DNA of 46,921 nt from a bacterium (GTDB lineage: Bacteria; SAR324; XYD2-FULL-50-16). The stretch is taken from the NCBI GenBank assembly GCA_029940215.1, contig JAOZRE010000003.1, positions 1-46,921 on the forward strand, written 5' to 3'. The stretch's first letter is position 1. Every line of letters begins with the position of its first letter. Below are positions 36,207 to 45,225 of the stretch, in pieces. The position numbers were made by a program, and so were the translations under genes. The notes beneath the pieces are model-generated. The model saw only the letters and a program-made list of their open reading frames with translations. It had not been told where the DNA came from and did no database searches.

Positions 36207-37397
36207 ATGGCATTTGAACCGTCGGATAAACTCCAGGCCATTCTGGATATGATTAACGAGTTTGTTGATAAAGAGATCATTCCCATGGAACATGATCTGG
36301 AAAATAAGGATTTCTTTGAGATGGAACCTGAGCTGGAGAAAAAGCGGCAGATGGTGAAGGACATGGAACTCTGGGCGCCAGTTCATGCGAAGGATATGGG
36401 CGGAATGGGATTGCCGTTGATGGATACGGCCATGATCTATGAGGTTCTGGGGAGAACACCCTTTGGCCTGTATATTTTTGGTTGTCAGGCACCCGACGCC
36501 GGAAATATTGAGATCCTGCATAAATTCGGGACGGAAGAGCAGAAGGAGAAGTGGTGTCGACCCGCTGTTGAGGGTAAGATACGTTCCTGTTTTTCCATGA
36601 CTGAAGTGGATGTGGCGGGTTCCAACCCGACTTGGTTGCTGAGTAAGGCTGAGAGGGATGGAGATGACTATGTGCTCAATGGACATAAGTGGTACTCCTC
36701 TTCTGCAGATGGCGCTGCCTTTTCAATTGTGATGGCAGAAACCAACCCTGAAGCTGAATCCCAGCACAAGCGTGCCAGTATGATTATCGTGCCTACTGAC
36801 ACTCCGGGTTTCAATATTGTGCGTAATATCTCCGTGATGGGACATACCGGCAGTGGCTGGGCCAGTCATGCAGAGGTACTGTTTCAGGATTGTCGCGTAC
36901 CGAAGGAGAATATTCTGGATGGCGAAGGGATGGGTTTTGTGCTGGCTCAGCAGCGTTTGGGACCGGGAAGAATTCATCACTGCATGCGCTGGGTTGGAAT
37001 CATGAATCGTTGTTTTGGCCTGATGTGTTCTTATGCCAAAAAACGACGTCGCACACCGGACCAGGTTCTGGCGGACTCAGATATTATCAAGACTTATATT
37101 GCTGAAAGTGCCGCGGACATTCTGTCATCTCGGCTGATGGTGCTGAACACAGCCTGGACGATTGAAAACAAGGGTGTTAAGGCAGCCATGAAAGATATTT
37201 CGTTGATCAAGTTCCATGTGGCCAACGCCATGCAACGTGTGATCGACAGAGCGCTTCAGGTTCACGGCGGGTTAGGGATGTCAGACGATACCCCCATTGC
37301 CGGTTATTACAGAGAAAACCGGGCTGCCAGGATCTACGACGGTGCTGATGAGGTTCACAAAATTTCCGTTGGACGCCGGATTCTGAAAGAGTACTAA
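36207..37397 (+). CDS. Acyl-CoA dehydrogenase family protein, ACAD10/11(LvaC)-like, paralog 1
   Basis: GCQAPDAGN, FSMTE.DVAGSNP, RLGPGRIHHCMRW, QVHGGLG, RIYDGADEVH. Confidence 0.92.
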   Translation: MAFEPSDKLQAILDMINEFVDKEIIPMEHDLENKDFFEMEPELEKKRQMVKDMELWAPVHAKDMGGMGLPLMDTAMIYEVLGRTPFGLYIFGCQAPDAGNIEILHKFGTEEQKEKWCRPAVEGKIRSCFSMTEVDVAGSNPTWLLSKAERDGDDYVLNGHKWYSSSADGAAFSIVMAETNPEAESQHKRASMIIVPTDTPGFNIVRNISVMGHTGSGWASHAEVLFQDCRVPKENILDGEGMGFVLAQQRLGPGRIHHCMRWVGIMNRCFGLMCSYAKKRRRTPDQVLADSDIIKTYIAESAADILSSRLMVLNTAWTIENKGVKAAMKDISLIKFHVANAMQRVIDRALQVHGGLGMSDDTPIAGYYRENRAARIYDGADEVHKISVGRRILKEY

Positions 37398-37496
37398 TCG
37401 GGTATTCAACAAACAAAAGGCTCCCATTACTTATAGGCATTGGGGGCTGCCATCGATAGAAGCAAATTAGGCAGTGTAAACTTAAGAAAGGATTTT

Positions 37497-38690
37497 ATGG
37501 CATTTGATCCGTCGGAAAAAACCCAGGCGATCCTGGACATGATCAATGAGTTTGTGGACAAGGAACTCATCCCCCTGGAAGCAGAAATGATGAACGGCAA
37601 GGAGTTCTTTGAGTTGGAGCCTGAGCTGGAGAAAAAGCGGCAGATGGTGAAGGATATGGAACTCTGGGCGCCTTTGCATCCGAAGGAGTGCGGGGGCATG
37701 GGGCTGCCGCTGCTGGATACAGCCATGATACTCGAGGCGTTAGGTCGCACGTGGTACGGGCTTTATGCGTTTGGTTGCCAGGCCCCTGATGCCGGTAATG
37801 CTGAAATTCTGCATAAGTATGGCACACCGGAGCAGAAGGAAAAATACCTGAATCCCCTCGTGGAAGGAAAAATTCGCTCCTGCTTTTCCATGACCGAAGT
37901 GGAGGTGGCCGGATCCAATCCCACCTGGCTGCTGACAACGGCTGAAAAGGATGGTGATGATTATGTGCTCAACGGGCAGAAATGGTATACCTCTTGTGCT
38001 GATGGTGCTGAGTTTGCCATCGTTATGGCTGAAACCAATCCCGAAGCTGAGTCCCGCCATATGCGTGCCAGCATGATTATCGTTCCCATCGATGCCCCGG
38101 GGTTCAACCAGGTTCGGAATATTCAGGTCATGGGTCACGTCGGTAACGGGTGGAACAGCCATGCGGAAGTCGCCTATCAGAACTGCCGTGTTCCCCAGTC
38201 AAACGTCCTGGGTGGTGAAGGAATGGGGTTCGTTCTGGCCCAGGATCGATTGGGACCGGGCAGAATCCATCACTGCATGCGCTGGGTGGGTATCATGAAC
38301 CGCTGCTTTGACCTGATGTGTTCCTACGCCAAGAAACGTCGTCGCACACCGGATCAGGTTCTGGCGGATTCTGATATTATCAAGACCTATATCGCGGACA
38401 GTGCCGCTGATATTCTCTCCTCACGGCTCATGGTTCTGAACGCTGCCTGGACGATTCAAAACAAGGGTGTCAAGGATGCCATGAAGGACATTTCCATTAT
38501 TAAATTTTATATAGCCAACGCTATGCAACGTGTGGTTGACAGAGCGCTGCAGGTTCATGGAGGACTGGGTATGTCTGACGATACCCCCATTGCTATTTAT
38601 TTCAGAGGTGAACGCTCCGCCCGTATATACGACGGTGCTGATGAGGTTCACAAAATCAGTGTTGCCAAGCGGATTTTGCGAGAGTATTAA
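37497..38690 (+). CDS. Acyl-CoA dehydrogenase family protein, ACAD10/11(LvaC)-like, paralog 2
   Basis: Same motifs; start MAFDPSEK at 37497 by alignment with the paralogs and RBS AAGGA (ORF track starts at 37440). Confidence 0.92.
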   Translation: MAFDPSEKTQAILDMINEFVDKELIPLEAEMMNGKEFFELEPELEKKRQMVKDMELWAPLHPKECGGMGLPLLDTAMILEALGRTWYGLYAFGCQAPDAGNAEILHKYGTPEQKEKYLNPLVEGKIRSCFSMTEVEVAGSNPTWLLTTAEKDGDDYVLNGQKWYTSCADGAEFAIVMAETNPEAESRHMRASMIIVPIDAPGFNQVRNIQVMGHVGNGWNSHAEVAYQNCRVPQSNVLGGEGMGFVLAQDRLGPGRIHHCMRWVGIMNRCFDLMCSYAKKRRRTPDQVLADSDIIKTYIADSAADILSSRLMVLNAAWTIQNKGVKDAMKDISIIKFYIANAMQRVVDRALQVHGGLGMSDDTPIAIYFRGERSARIYDGADEVHKISVAKRILREY

Positions 38691-38691
38691 A

Positions 38692-38788
38692 GGGTCGGCT
38701 AAGAAATTAGGTCATATTCTGTTCGCAAAATGTCCGGCTTTAAGGACTTTTGCAAACACGTTATATGACGTTATTTATTAACGATCCC
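38692..38788. repeat. ~97-bp palindromic MITE/REP-like element, copy 3
   Basis: Same termini and core; AAA on both sides (38689-38691, 38789-38791); abuts the stop of paralog 2. Confidence 0.8.
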
Positions 38789-38877
38789 AAAAACTGGAAG
38801 ACTGAACCCCCCAGGACTTTTCTCCAGGGGGATTTCACTGAAGCAGTATTATTTTAATAAACCCAAAGGAGGAAGTT

Positions 38878-40068
38878 ATGGCATTTGAACCGTCGGAAAA
38901 AACCCAGGCCATCCTGGATATGATCAATGAATTTGTGGACAAAGAGTTAATTCCCATGGAACCCGATCTGGACAAAAAGAGTTTTTTTGAGATGGAACCA
39001 GAGCTGGAGAAAAAGCGGGACATGGTTCGCGACATGGAACTTTGGGCTCCCCTTCACCCGAAGGAGTTTGGTGGAATGGGGCTGCCGCTGATGGACACCG
39101 CTATGATTTTCGAGGCCTTGGGCAGGACACCTTACGGACTTTATGCGTTTGGATGTCAGGCACCGGATGCGGGTAATGCTGAGATTCTGCACAAGTACGG
39201 ATCCCAGGAACAGAAAGAGACGTATCTGCAACCCCTTATCGATGGAAAAATTCGTTCCTGCTTCTCTATGACCGAGACGGATGTGGCAGGCTCCAATCCG
39301 ACCTGGCTATTGACAACAGCAGAAAAGGATGGTGACGAATATGTGATCAACGGCCAAAAATGGTATACCTCTTCAGCGGATGGCGCTGCCTTTACCATCG
39401 TCATGGCCGAAACCAATCCCGAGGCTGAGTCTAGACATATGCGTGCCAGTATGATTATCGTCCCTCTTGATGCTCCGGGTTTTAATCTGGTTCGTAACAT
39501 ATCGATCATGGGTCATGTGGGTGAAGGGTACCCCAGCCACGCCGAAGTCGCCTATCAGAACTGCCGGGTTCCGCAAAAGAATATCCTGGGCGGTGAAGGA
39601 ATGGGGTTTGTGCTGGCTCAGGACCGACTAGGACCAGGCCGGATCCATCACTGTATGCGCTGGGTTGGAATCATGAACCGCTGCTTCGATCTGATGTGCT
39701 CTTACGCCAAGAAACGTCGCCGCACACCGGACAAGGTGCTGGCAGATTCTGATATTATCAAGACTTACATTGCGGACAGTGCAGCCGACATCCTCTCCTC
39801 ACGCCTGATGGTGCTGAATACCGCTTGGGTCATCGAAAACAAGGGCGTCAAAGATGCGATGAAGGATATCTCGTTGATCAAGTTTTACGTGGCCAATGCC
39901 ATGCAACGGGTAATTGACAGGGCTCTGCAGGTTCATGGAGGACTGGGCATGTCCGACGATACACCGATTTCCATGTACTACAGAGGAGAACGCGCAGCCC
40001 GGATCTACGATGGTGCTGATGAAGTTCACAAAATCAGCGTTGGCAGACGTATCCTGAAGGAGTATTAA
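38878..40068 (+). CDS. Acyl-CoA dehydrogenase family protein, ACAD10/11(LvaC)-like, paralog 3
   Basis: Same motifs; RBS AAGGAGG. Confidence 0.92.
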   Translation: MAFEPSEKTQAILDMINEFVDKELIPMEPDLDKKSFFEMEPELEKKRDMVRDMELWAPLHPKEFGGMGLPLMDTAMIFEALGRTPYGLYAFGCQAPDAGNAEILHKYGSQEQKETYLQPLIDGKIRSCFSMTETDVAGSNPTWLLTTAEKDGDEYVINGQKWYTSSADGAAFTIVMAETNPEAESRHMRASMIIVPLDAPGFNLVRNISIMGHVGEGYPSHAEVAYQNCRVPQKNILGGEGMGFVLAQDRLGPGRIHHCMRWVGIMNRCFDLMCSYAKKRRRTPDKVLADSDIIKTYIADSAADILSSRLMVLNTAWVIENKGVKDAMKDISLIKFYVANAMQRVIDRALQVHGGLGMSDDTPISMYYRGERAARIYDGADEVHKISVGRRILKEY

Positions 40069-40077
40069 AATCACGCG

Positions 40078-40104
40078 AACAGGGCTGCGAGTCAGTCCTG
40101 TTTT
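40078..40104 (+). terminator. Rho-independent terminator between convergent genes
   Basis: AACAGGGCTG-cgagt-CAGTCCTGTT stem (one G-U pair) running into a T tract, 10 nt after the paralog 3 stop. Confidence 0.6.
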
Positions 40105-40132
40105 ACCTGCCCTCTCCCTTTATCCCTCTATT

Positions 40133-41830
40133 TCAGCGCCCGTGCCAGAATTTATCGATCCGCTCCTGTGGGACTTCAAAAACGAAACCGGTTGGTGGAC
40201 TTGGTTCGGTTCTGAACCATTCGGGAAGATGATCTGCTCCCGGTCCGATGCCTGCTGCGTGATTAAAAGCCCGTTCTTCCTGCAGACTTGTCACCGCAAC
40301 CTCCCGCAGGAAATTGTAGTCCCCTTCCTGTCCGAACAGGGCCTGGGCAACCTGTGTCGATTTTTTGATGGGATATCCGGGGTCTTTGAAGGAATTAATA
40401 CAGAGGCCCAGGTTGTCGACCATCATTGCCACTACCTGGGATTCCATTGATTCTTCCAGAGCCGTATCCGAATCAGCCTGCCTCATCAGCACCATGCCTG
40501 CGGTGTGATCCGGCCCCATGGCGGAAGTGGCATAGGTAACAGCTGTACCATTTTCAACCCTTGGTTCATGGGCTGGTATCCCCTGCCCCTTCACAACAGG
40601 CACCCTGCTGATCCCATAGCACGTGGCAACGGTCGCGGTTCCTTGTCCGATTATCCTGCCAAGCGGAGTGGCCTGATCGATCTCATCGATTAATTCAAAA
40701 ACCCGTTTACTGTCACCAAATTTGAGCAGGCCGGCATCACACGCTACCCCCAGTGCTGCACCCAATTCTATGCTGTCCAGCCCCATGTCGTCGGTCAGTC
40801 TGTCCATTTGGGCAATGGCGTAAATGTCATCGATGCCAAGGTTTGCGCCCATCATGGCCACCGTTTCGTACTCCAGTCCCGAGGTAATCCAGTCGCCGTC
40901 TGCGCTGGTGATGTTGTTCCCACAAGCGACCAGACAGCCCGGCATACAGGGGACTCCCCATTTGCTGCCTTCGGTTTTCATCCGTTCAACAGTAGATCGA
41001 TGGGCCACCGCTCGGGCTCCTTCAAATTGACCAGCGGAAAAATTCCGGGTCGGCAGACTGTTGTTTTTATCGCTGACCCAACTGCCACCACCCATGGTTC
41101 CCTGAACGTTGTAAGCCTGGGCGCCTTTGCTGTTTTTAACAAAATCAGAATAGTCTCGAACCAGTGCTCGGTAAGCATCTCCGTCTTGAGGCTTCACAGA
41201 CTTTGTCCCGGTATCGTCAATGACGATCGCCTTGACCCCCTTGGAACCCATGACTGCCCCTGAACCCCCGCGGCCGCAGTGACGGGTCGGCTTTCCCTGT
41301 GTATCGGTGACGGCAATGGTTGCCATCAGCATCTTGTTTTCACCTGTTCTGGCTATGGAACAAATGGCATTTTTATCGCCGTGGGTTGCCCTCAGTTTTG
41401 CAACCGTATCGTGATTGTTGAGATCTGACAGTTCGTCTCCAGGTATAACCGTCAGACCGCTGGTGTCGAGCTTCAAAACGAATAGAGAATTGTTTTCTGA
41501 AGGCTTGTTTTCGATAATGATGGCTTTTACGCCCAGTCTTCCCAGTTTTTCACCTGCCATCCCGCCGACATTGGACTCCTTGATGCCTTGGGTGACGGGG
41601 CTTTTGAAACCAGCCGATAAACGGCTAGCGGATGGGAACCGGTTTCCACAGAACAGTCCCGGCGCCAGGATCATTTTGTTGCCCTCACCCAATGGATGAC
41701 AGGTCGGTGATACTTCATTTTTCAAAATTCTGGAGGTTAATCCTCTTCCCCCCAGCCACTTGTATTCCTGTGGCGACTCTTCCACGGTCACTTTCAGTGT
41801 GAACATGTCGACCCTGTATATTTTACTCAT
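40133..41830 (-). CDS. Aldehyde:ferredoxin oxidoreductase family (W/Mo-pterin)
   Basis: LGGRGL, KSPVTQGIKESNVGG, GRGGSGAVMGSKGVKAI, CMPGCLVACG, EYET, DDMGLDSI, VKGQGIPAHEPR. Confidence 0.93.
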   Translation of the reverse strand: MSKIYRVDMFTLKVTVEESPQEYKWLGGRGLTSRILKNEVSPTCHPLGEGNKMILAPGLFCGNRFPSASRLSAGFKSPVTQGIKESNVGGMAGEKLGRLGVKAIIIENKPSENNSLFVLKLDTSGLTVIPGDELSDLNNHDTVAKLRATHGDKNAICSIARTGENKMLMATIAVTDTQGKPTRHCGRGGSGAVMGSKGVKAIVIDDTGTKSVKPQDGDAYRALVRDYSDFVKNSKGAQAYNVQGTMGGGSWVSDKNNSLPTRNFSAGQFEGARAVAHRSTVERMKTEGSKWGVPCMPGCLVACGNNITSADGDWITSGLEYETVAMMGANLGIDDIYAIAQMDRLTDDMGLDSIELGAALGVACDAGLLKFGDSKRVFELIDEIDQATPLGRIIGQGTATVATCYGISRVPVVKGQGIPAHEPRVENGTAVTYATSAMGPDHTAGMVLMRQADSDTALEESMESQVVAMMVDNLGLCINSFKDPGYPIKKSTQVAQALFGQEGDYNFLREVAVTSLQEERAFNHAAGIGPGADHLPEWFRTEPSPPTGFVFEVPQERIDKFWHGR

Positions 41831-41880
41831 GCTATAACCTCCCTTTTGTTTCTGATTTAATCACACACGTATGTTGACCC

Positions 41881-42774
41881 CTATTTGTTCAGCACCTCGT
41901 CGTAGAAAGCATAAATTCCCTTTTCCCCGGATCCACCGGGATATCCTGCTGCAACCATACTCCTCAACAACGGATGCAGGTGTCCCGCTACCGGACCAGC
42001 TTCCCGCATGGCGTCTTTTTCGGCCTTGGCAAAAATCCCCCAGAAGCCGGCGTAGTCTCCAACAGCCAACGGTCCCATTGGCAGGTTGTAGCCCAGTTTC
42101 AATGACTTATCGATGTCCGCCGGTGAGGCAACCCGTTCCCACACCATCTGTATGGCTGTCTGTACCATTCCGAAATAGGCCCTGTTCGCTATATGGCCAT
42201 AGCTGAAACCGCGGCAGATGACAGGTTCCTTGCCGAGCTTTTCAGCCAGGGCAAGGGCTGTCTCCACAGCCTCATCAGACGTGTTGGGGCCGGCTATCAC
42301 TTCGATTAGCTTCATGATCGCTGTTGGCTCAAAAAAGTGAAAACCGATGACCCGTTCGGGTCTGGTGGTTGCGGCAGCGATGGCAGCTATGTCCAGGCAG
42401 ATTGGATTTGTAGCCAGGATGGCGCCGGCGGGTGCAAATTCATCGAGTTTTTTAAACAGATCCTGTTTCAATTCCAGATCTTCGGCACAGCATTCCGAGA
42501 CGAAGTCCGCCTCTTTGACGGCTGCTGTAAAATCAATGGTACCGGTGATCCTGCCCATAATTTCGTCCTTGGCGTCCTGGGTGATTTTCCCCTTGTCCAC
42601 CTGAAACCGCTGCAGATCATTACTGATGGCCTCTATGCCTTTCGCAAGCTTTTCACTATCTGGGTCCCAGAGAATGACGTTGTATCCACCGATATGCGCA
42701 AACAGCTGGGCTGCCTGGTATCCGATCTGTCCTGCATCCAGGAATGTCGTATTCTTTATGTCTGCTAATTTCAT
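41881..42774 (-). CDS. 3-hydroxyacyl/3-hydroxybutyryl-CoA dehydrogenase family protein
   Basis: EDLELKQDLF, HFFEP...KLIEV, GHIANR, DIDKSLKLG...PMGP; the Rossmann motif reads DAGQIG. Confidence 0.85.
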   Translation of the reverse strand: MKLADIKNTTFLDAGQIGYQAAQLFAHIGGYNVILWDPDSEKLAKGIEAISNDLQRFQVDKGKITQDAKDEIMGRITGTIDFTAAVKEADFVSECCAEDLELKQDLFKKLDEFAPAGAILATNPICLDIAAIAAATTRPERVIGFHFFEPTAIMKLIEVIAGPNTSDEAVETALALAEKLGKEPVICRGFSYGHIANRAYFGMVQTAIQMVWERVASPADIDKSLKLGYNLPMGPLAVGDYAGFWGIFAKAEKDAMREAGPVAGHLHPLLRSMVAAGYPGGSGEKGIYAFYDEVLNK

Positions 42775-42986
42775 GTGGTGTTCCTCCTTGTATCTGGTTT
42801 TTATTTCAAAATATCACCGTAACAATGTCATAGGTTTCTTCCAGATAGATCATCCTATTCACTCTGTTTTAACCGGCATCATCCGTTTTAATCCGGGGTC
42901 GGACCGTCAATGTAAAAGAAACGGTTTTTCAGTGTCAAGAGGTGTTTTCCCCATATGACAGTCGTCAGATGAGGGAATTGTGAGGT

Positions 42987-44714
42987 CTATCTCCGTTTTT
43001 TCGATGGGCGATGCTGTCCCTTAATCGCTTCACTTTTCTGTCGGTTTTTTTTCCTGATGTCCTTCTCTACGAAAATTGGGACATTGCTGTCGTAGGCCCG
43101 TTCGGTGTGGTACATCAGTGTCGCCATGGATGAGGGGGTTGGCGTAAAAACCTGAATCTGCTGGGGCCTGAATCCAAGGGCTTTACGGGTGAAAGATTTT
43201 AACTGTTTCATATCTGTTTCCCTGCAGCCTGGATAGGCGGCCATGAAGTAACAGGTCAGAAATTGCTTCATGCCGAGGCGTTGGTTGATCTGGTCAAACT
43301 GCTTCTTAAAGGTAACGAACTGCTCAATACCCGGCTTACCCATTAGTTTCAATACGTCGATTTCGGAATGCTCAGGCGCCAGTTTCAACTGCCCGGAGAT
43401 ATGGTGTTTGATGATCTCTTCCAGGTATTTCGGCCCATGAGCTGTATCGCTTAAAACAAGATCGTGTCGAATGCCCGAGGCAATGAACACTTTTTTGACC
43501 TTTGGTAGTTGCCGCAGCTTTCGCAGCAGGTTTATCTGGCGGGTATGGTTGGCCTTCAGGGTGTTGCAGGTAGCGGGTGAGAGACACCGTTTGTCGCTGC
43601 AGATGCCCTTCCGTTTGTTTTTCTTACAATCAAATCCGTACATGTTGGCGGTGGGACCTCCTACATTCTGAATAATGCCTTTGAAATCACTTTGCTTCGT
43701 GAGTGCTGTTGCCTCCCTGAGAATGGACGTCTTACTCCTGCTGACAACAGATTGCCCCTGGTGAATGGCGATTGAGCAGAAATTGCACTGACCGTAGCAT
43801 CCCCGGTGAGATATAATCGAAAACCGTATGGTGTCCAGTGCCCGTACCTCGCCCTGTGAGGCGTAGTAGGGATGAACATCGTTTGCGTAATCCAGTTCGT
43901 GTATGCGGTCGAGCTCTTCGGTTGTGGGGTTGACCTGCGGCGGATTGTGGATCAGGTATCGTGTATCCTGCTTCTGGCATAGACCCTGGGCGGAAATGGG
44001 ATCGCTGTTGGCATAAAACAGCTTGAACATCTCGGCAAATCGCGGCTTGTCTTTCTCCACATCGCTGTGAGCGGGTAGTTCAAGATACGCTTCCCGTTTT
44101 TCCTTTGATATGTAGCAGGTTCCGCGAATATTTTCGGTCATTTTACCGGTTTTGAGGTTCTCTGCTATTTCAAGGATAGTCTTTTCCCCCATGCCGTAAA
44201 CCAGAATATCAGCCTTGGCATCGAAGAGGATCGAACGACGGACCTTGTTATTCCAGTAGTGGTAATGCGAGATACGCCTCAGGCTGGCCTCAATGCCGCC
44301 GATTACAATGGGCCTGGTGTTTTTGAAGGTTCTTCGCACCAGGTTTGTGTATGCGATGACCGCCATATCCGGCCTGCGGGTGTTCTTTCCACCCGCCGTC
44401 AGATCGTCATCGTTCCGTTTCTTTTTGGTGGCCGTGTAGTTCGACACCATGGAGTCCATACACCCCGACGTGATTCCCCAGAACAGGGAGGGTTCTCCCA
44501 GTCGACCGATATCCGCATCGGAGTCTGTATCCGGTTGTGCAATCAGTCCCACCCTGTAACCTGCATCGACCAGCACCTTTCCGATGACTGAGACGCCAAT
44601 ATAAGGAGAATCAATATAGGTATCACCGGTGACCAGGATAACGTCAAGGGTGCCCCAGCCAAGGGCTTTCAACTCGTCTCGAGTGGTGGGGAGAAAGGGA
44701 GTCACAGCGCGCAT
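42987..44714 (-). CDS. YgiQ family radical SAM protein
   Basis: DVILVTGDTYIDSP, GGIEASLRR, HRGCYGQCNFC, GGPTANMYG, SGIRHD, LKLAPEH, FTPTP. Confidence 0.95.
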   Translation of the reverse strand: MRAVTPFLPTTRDELKALGWGTLDVILVTGDTYIDSPYIGVSVIGKVLVDAGYRVGLIAQPDTDSDADIGRLGEPSLFWGITSGCMDSMVSNYTATKKKRNDDDLTAGGKNTRRPDMAVIAYTNLVRRTFKNTRPIVIGGIEASLRRISHYHYWNNKVRRSILFDAKADILVYGMGEKTILEIAENLKTGKMTENIRGTCYISKEKREAYLELPAHSDVEKDKPRFAEMFKLFYANSDPISAQGLCQKQDTRYLIHNPPQVNPTTEELDRIHELDYANDVHPYYASQGEVRALDTIRFSIISHRGCYGQCNFCSIAIHQGQSVVSRSKTSILREATALTKQSDFKGIIQNVGGPTANMYGFDCKKNKRKGICSDKRCLSPATCNTLKANHTRQINLLRKLRQLPKVKKVFIASGIRHDLVLSDTAHGPKYLEEIIKHHISGQLKLAPEHSEIDVLKLMGKPGIEQFVTFKKQFDQINQRLGMKQFLTCYFMAAYPGCRETDMKQLKSFTRKALGFRPQQIQVFTPTPSSMATLMYHTERAYDSNVPIFVEKDIRKKNRQKSEAIKGQHRPSKKRR

Positions 44715-45225
44715 GTGGAAAAAGGGTTGTCAAGTGAACGGTTCAGTCATACAAAACCGCTCTTATCCTCCATCTTAACAAATTAGAGTCGTAACGGATA
44801 GAGGTGTTTACTGCCATCAAGCAGTGCCTGGTGAAACGGGTTTATCCATTTCTTTCTCAGGTAAAATGAATCTGACCAGTTCTTTCAGTATCGATAAACT
44901 AAACTTTTATTATTACGTTATTAGCAGCACGACGTTGGAAAGTTTCCTATATCCGAAAAAAATAAATAAAAATTCCATTCTTTTGACAAGGGTGGTGGAG
45001 GTATTTAACGCTATAAAAACAGATATATAGTTTGAAATGACCTGCCCTGTCGAGAGGGAATGCCGATTTTCTCAGTAAAATTAATGTTTACAGCGGGTCT
45101 TTTTTTTATTATCGTTACCAGACTGAAAGCTCAAAGGCTGCGTTGCTGTTGCAACCGGGGTTTCAGACAGTGCTGTTTTCTGTTGTCAACCTGAACACAC
45201 GACTCATGAATTAGACGGAGAAACT

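Noticed and set aside
44780-44880. Lysine or glycine riboswitch-like words (GATAGAGGTG; CTCAGGTAAAA) upstream of the symporter
   Set aside because: The remaining conserved elements and pairings of either aptamer could not be found.
15970-45032. Identical 13-mer CAGATATATAGTT at 15970-15982 and 45020-45032, loosely like an NrdR box
   Set aside because: The conserved C of the NrdR box is missing, no nrd genes are nearby, and one 13-mer match between AT-rich spacers is plausible by chance.
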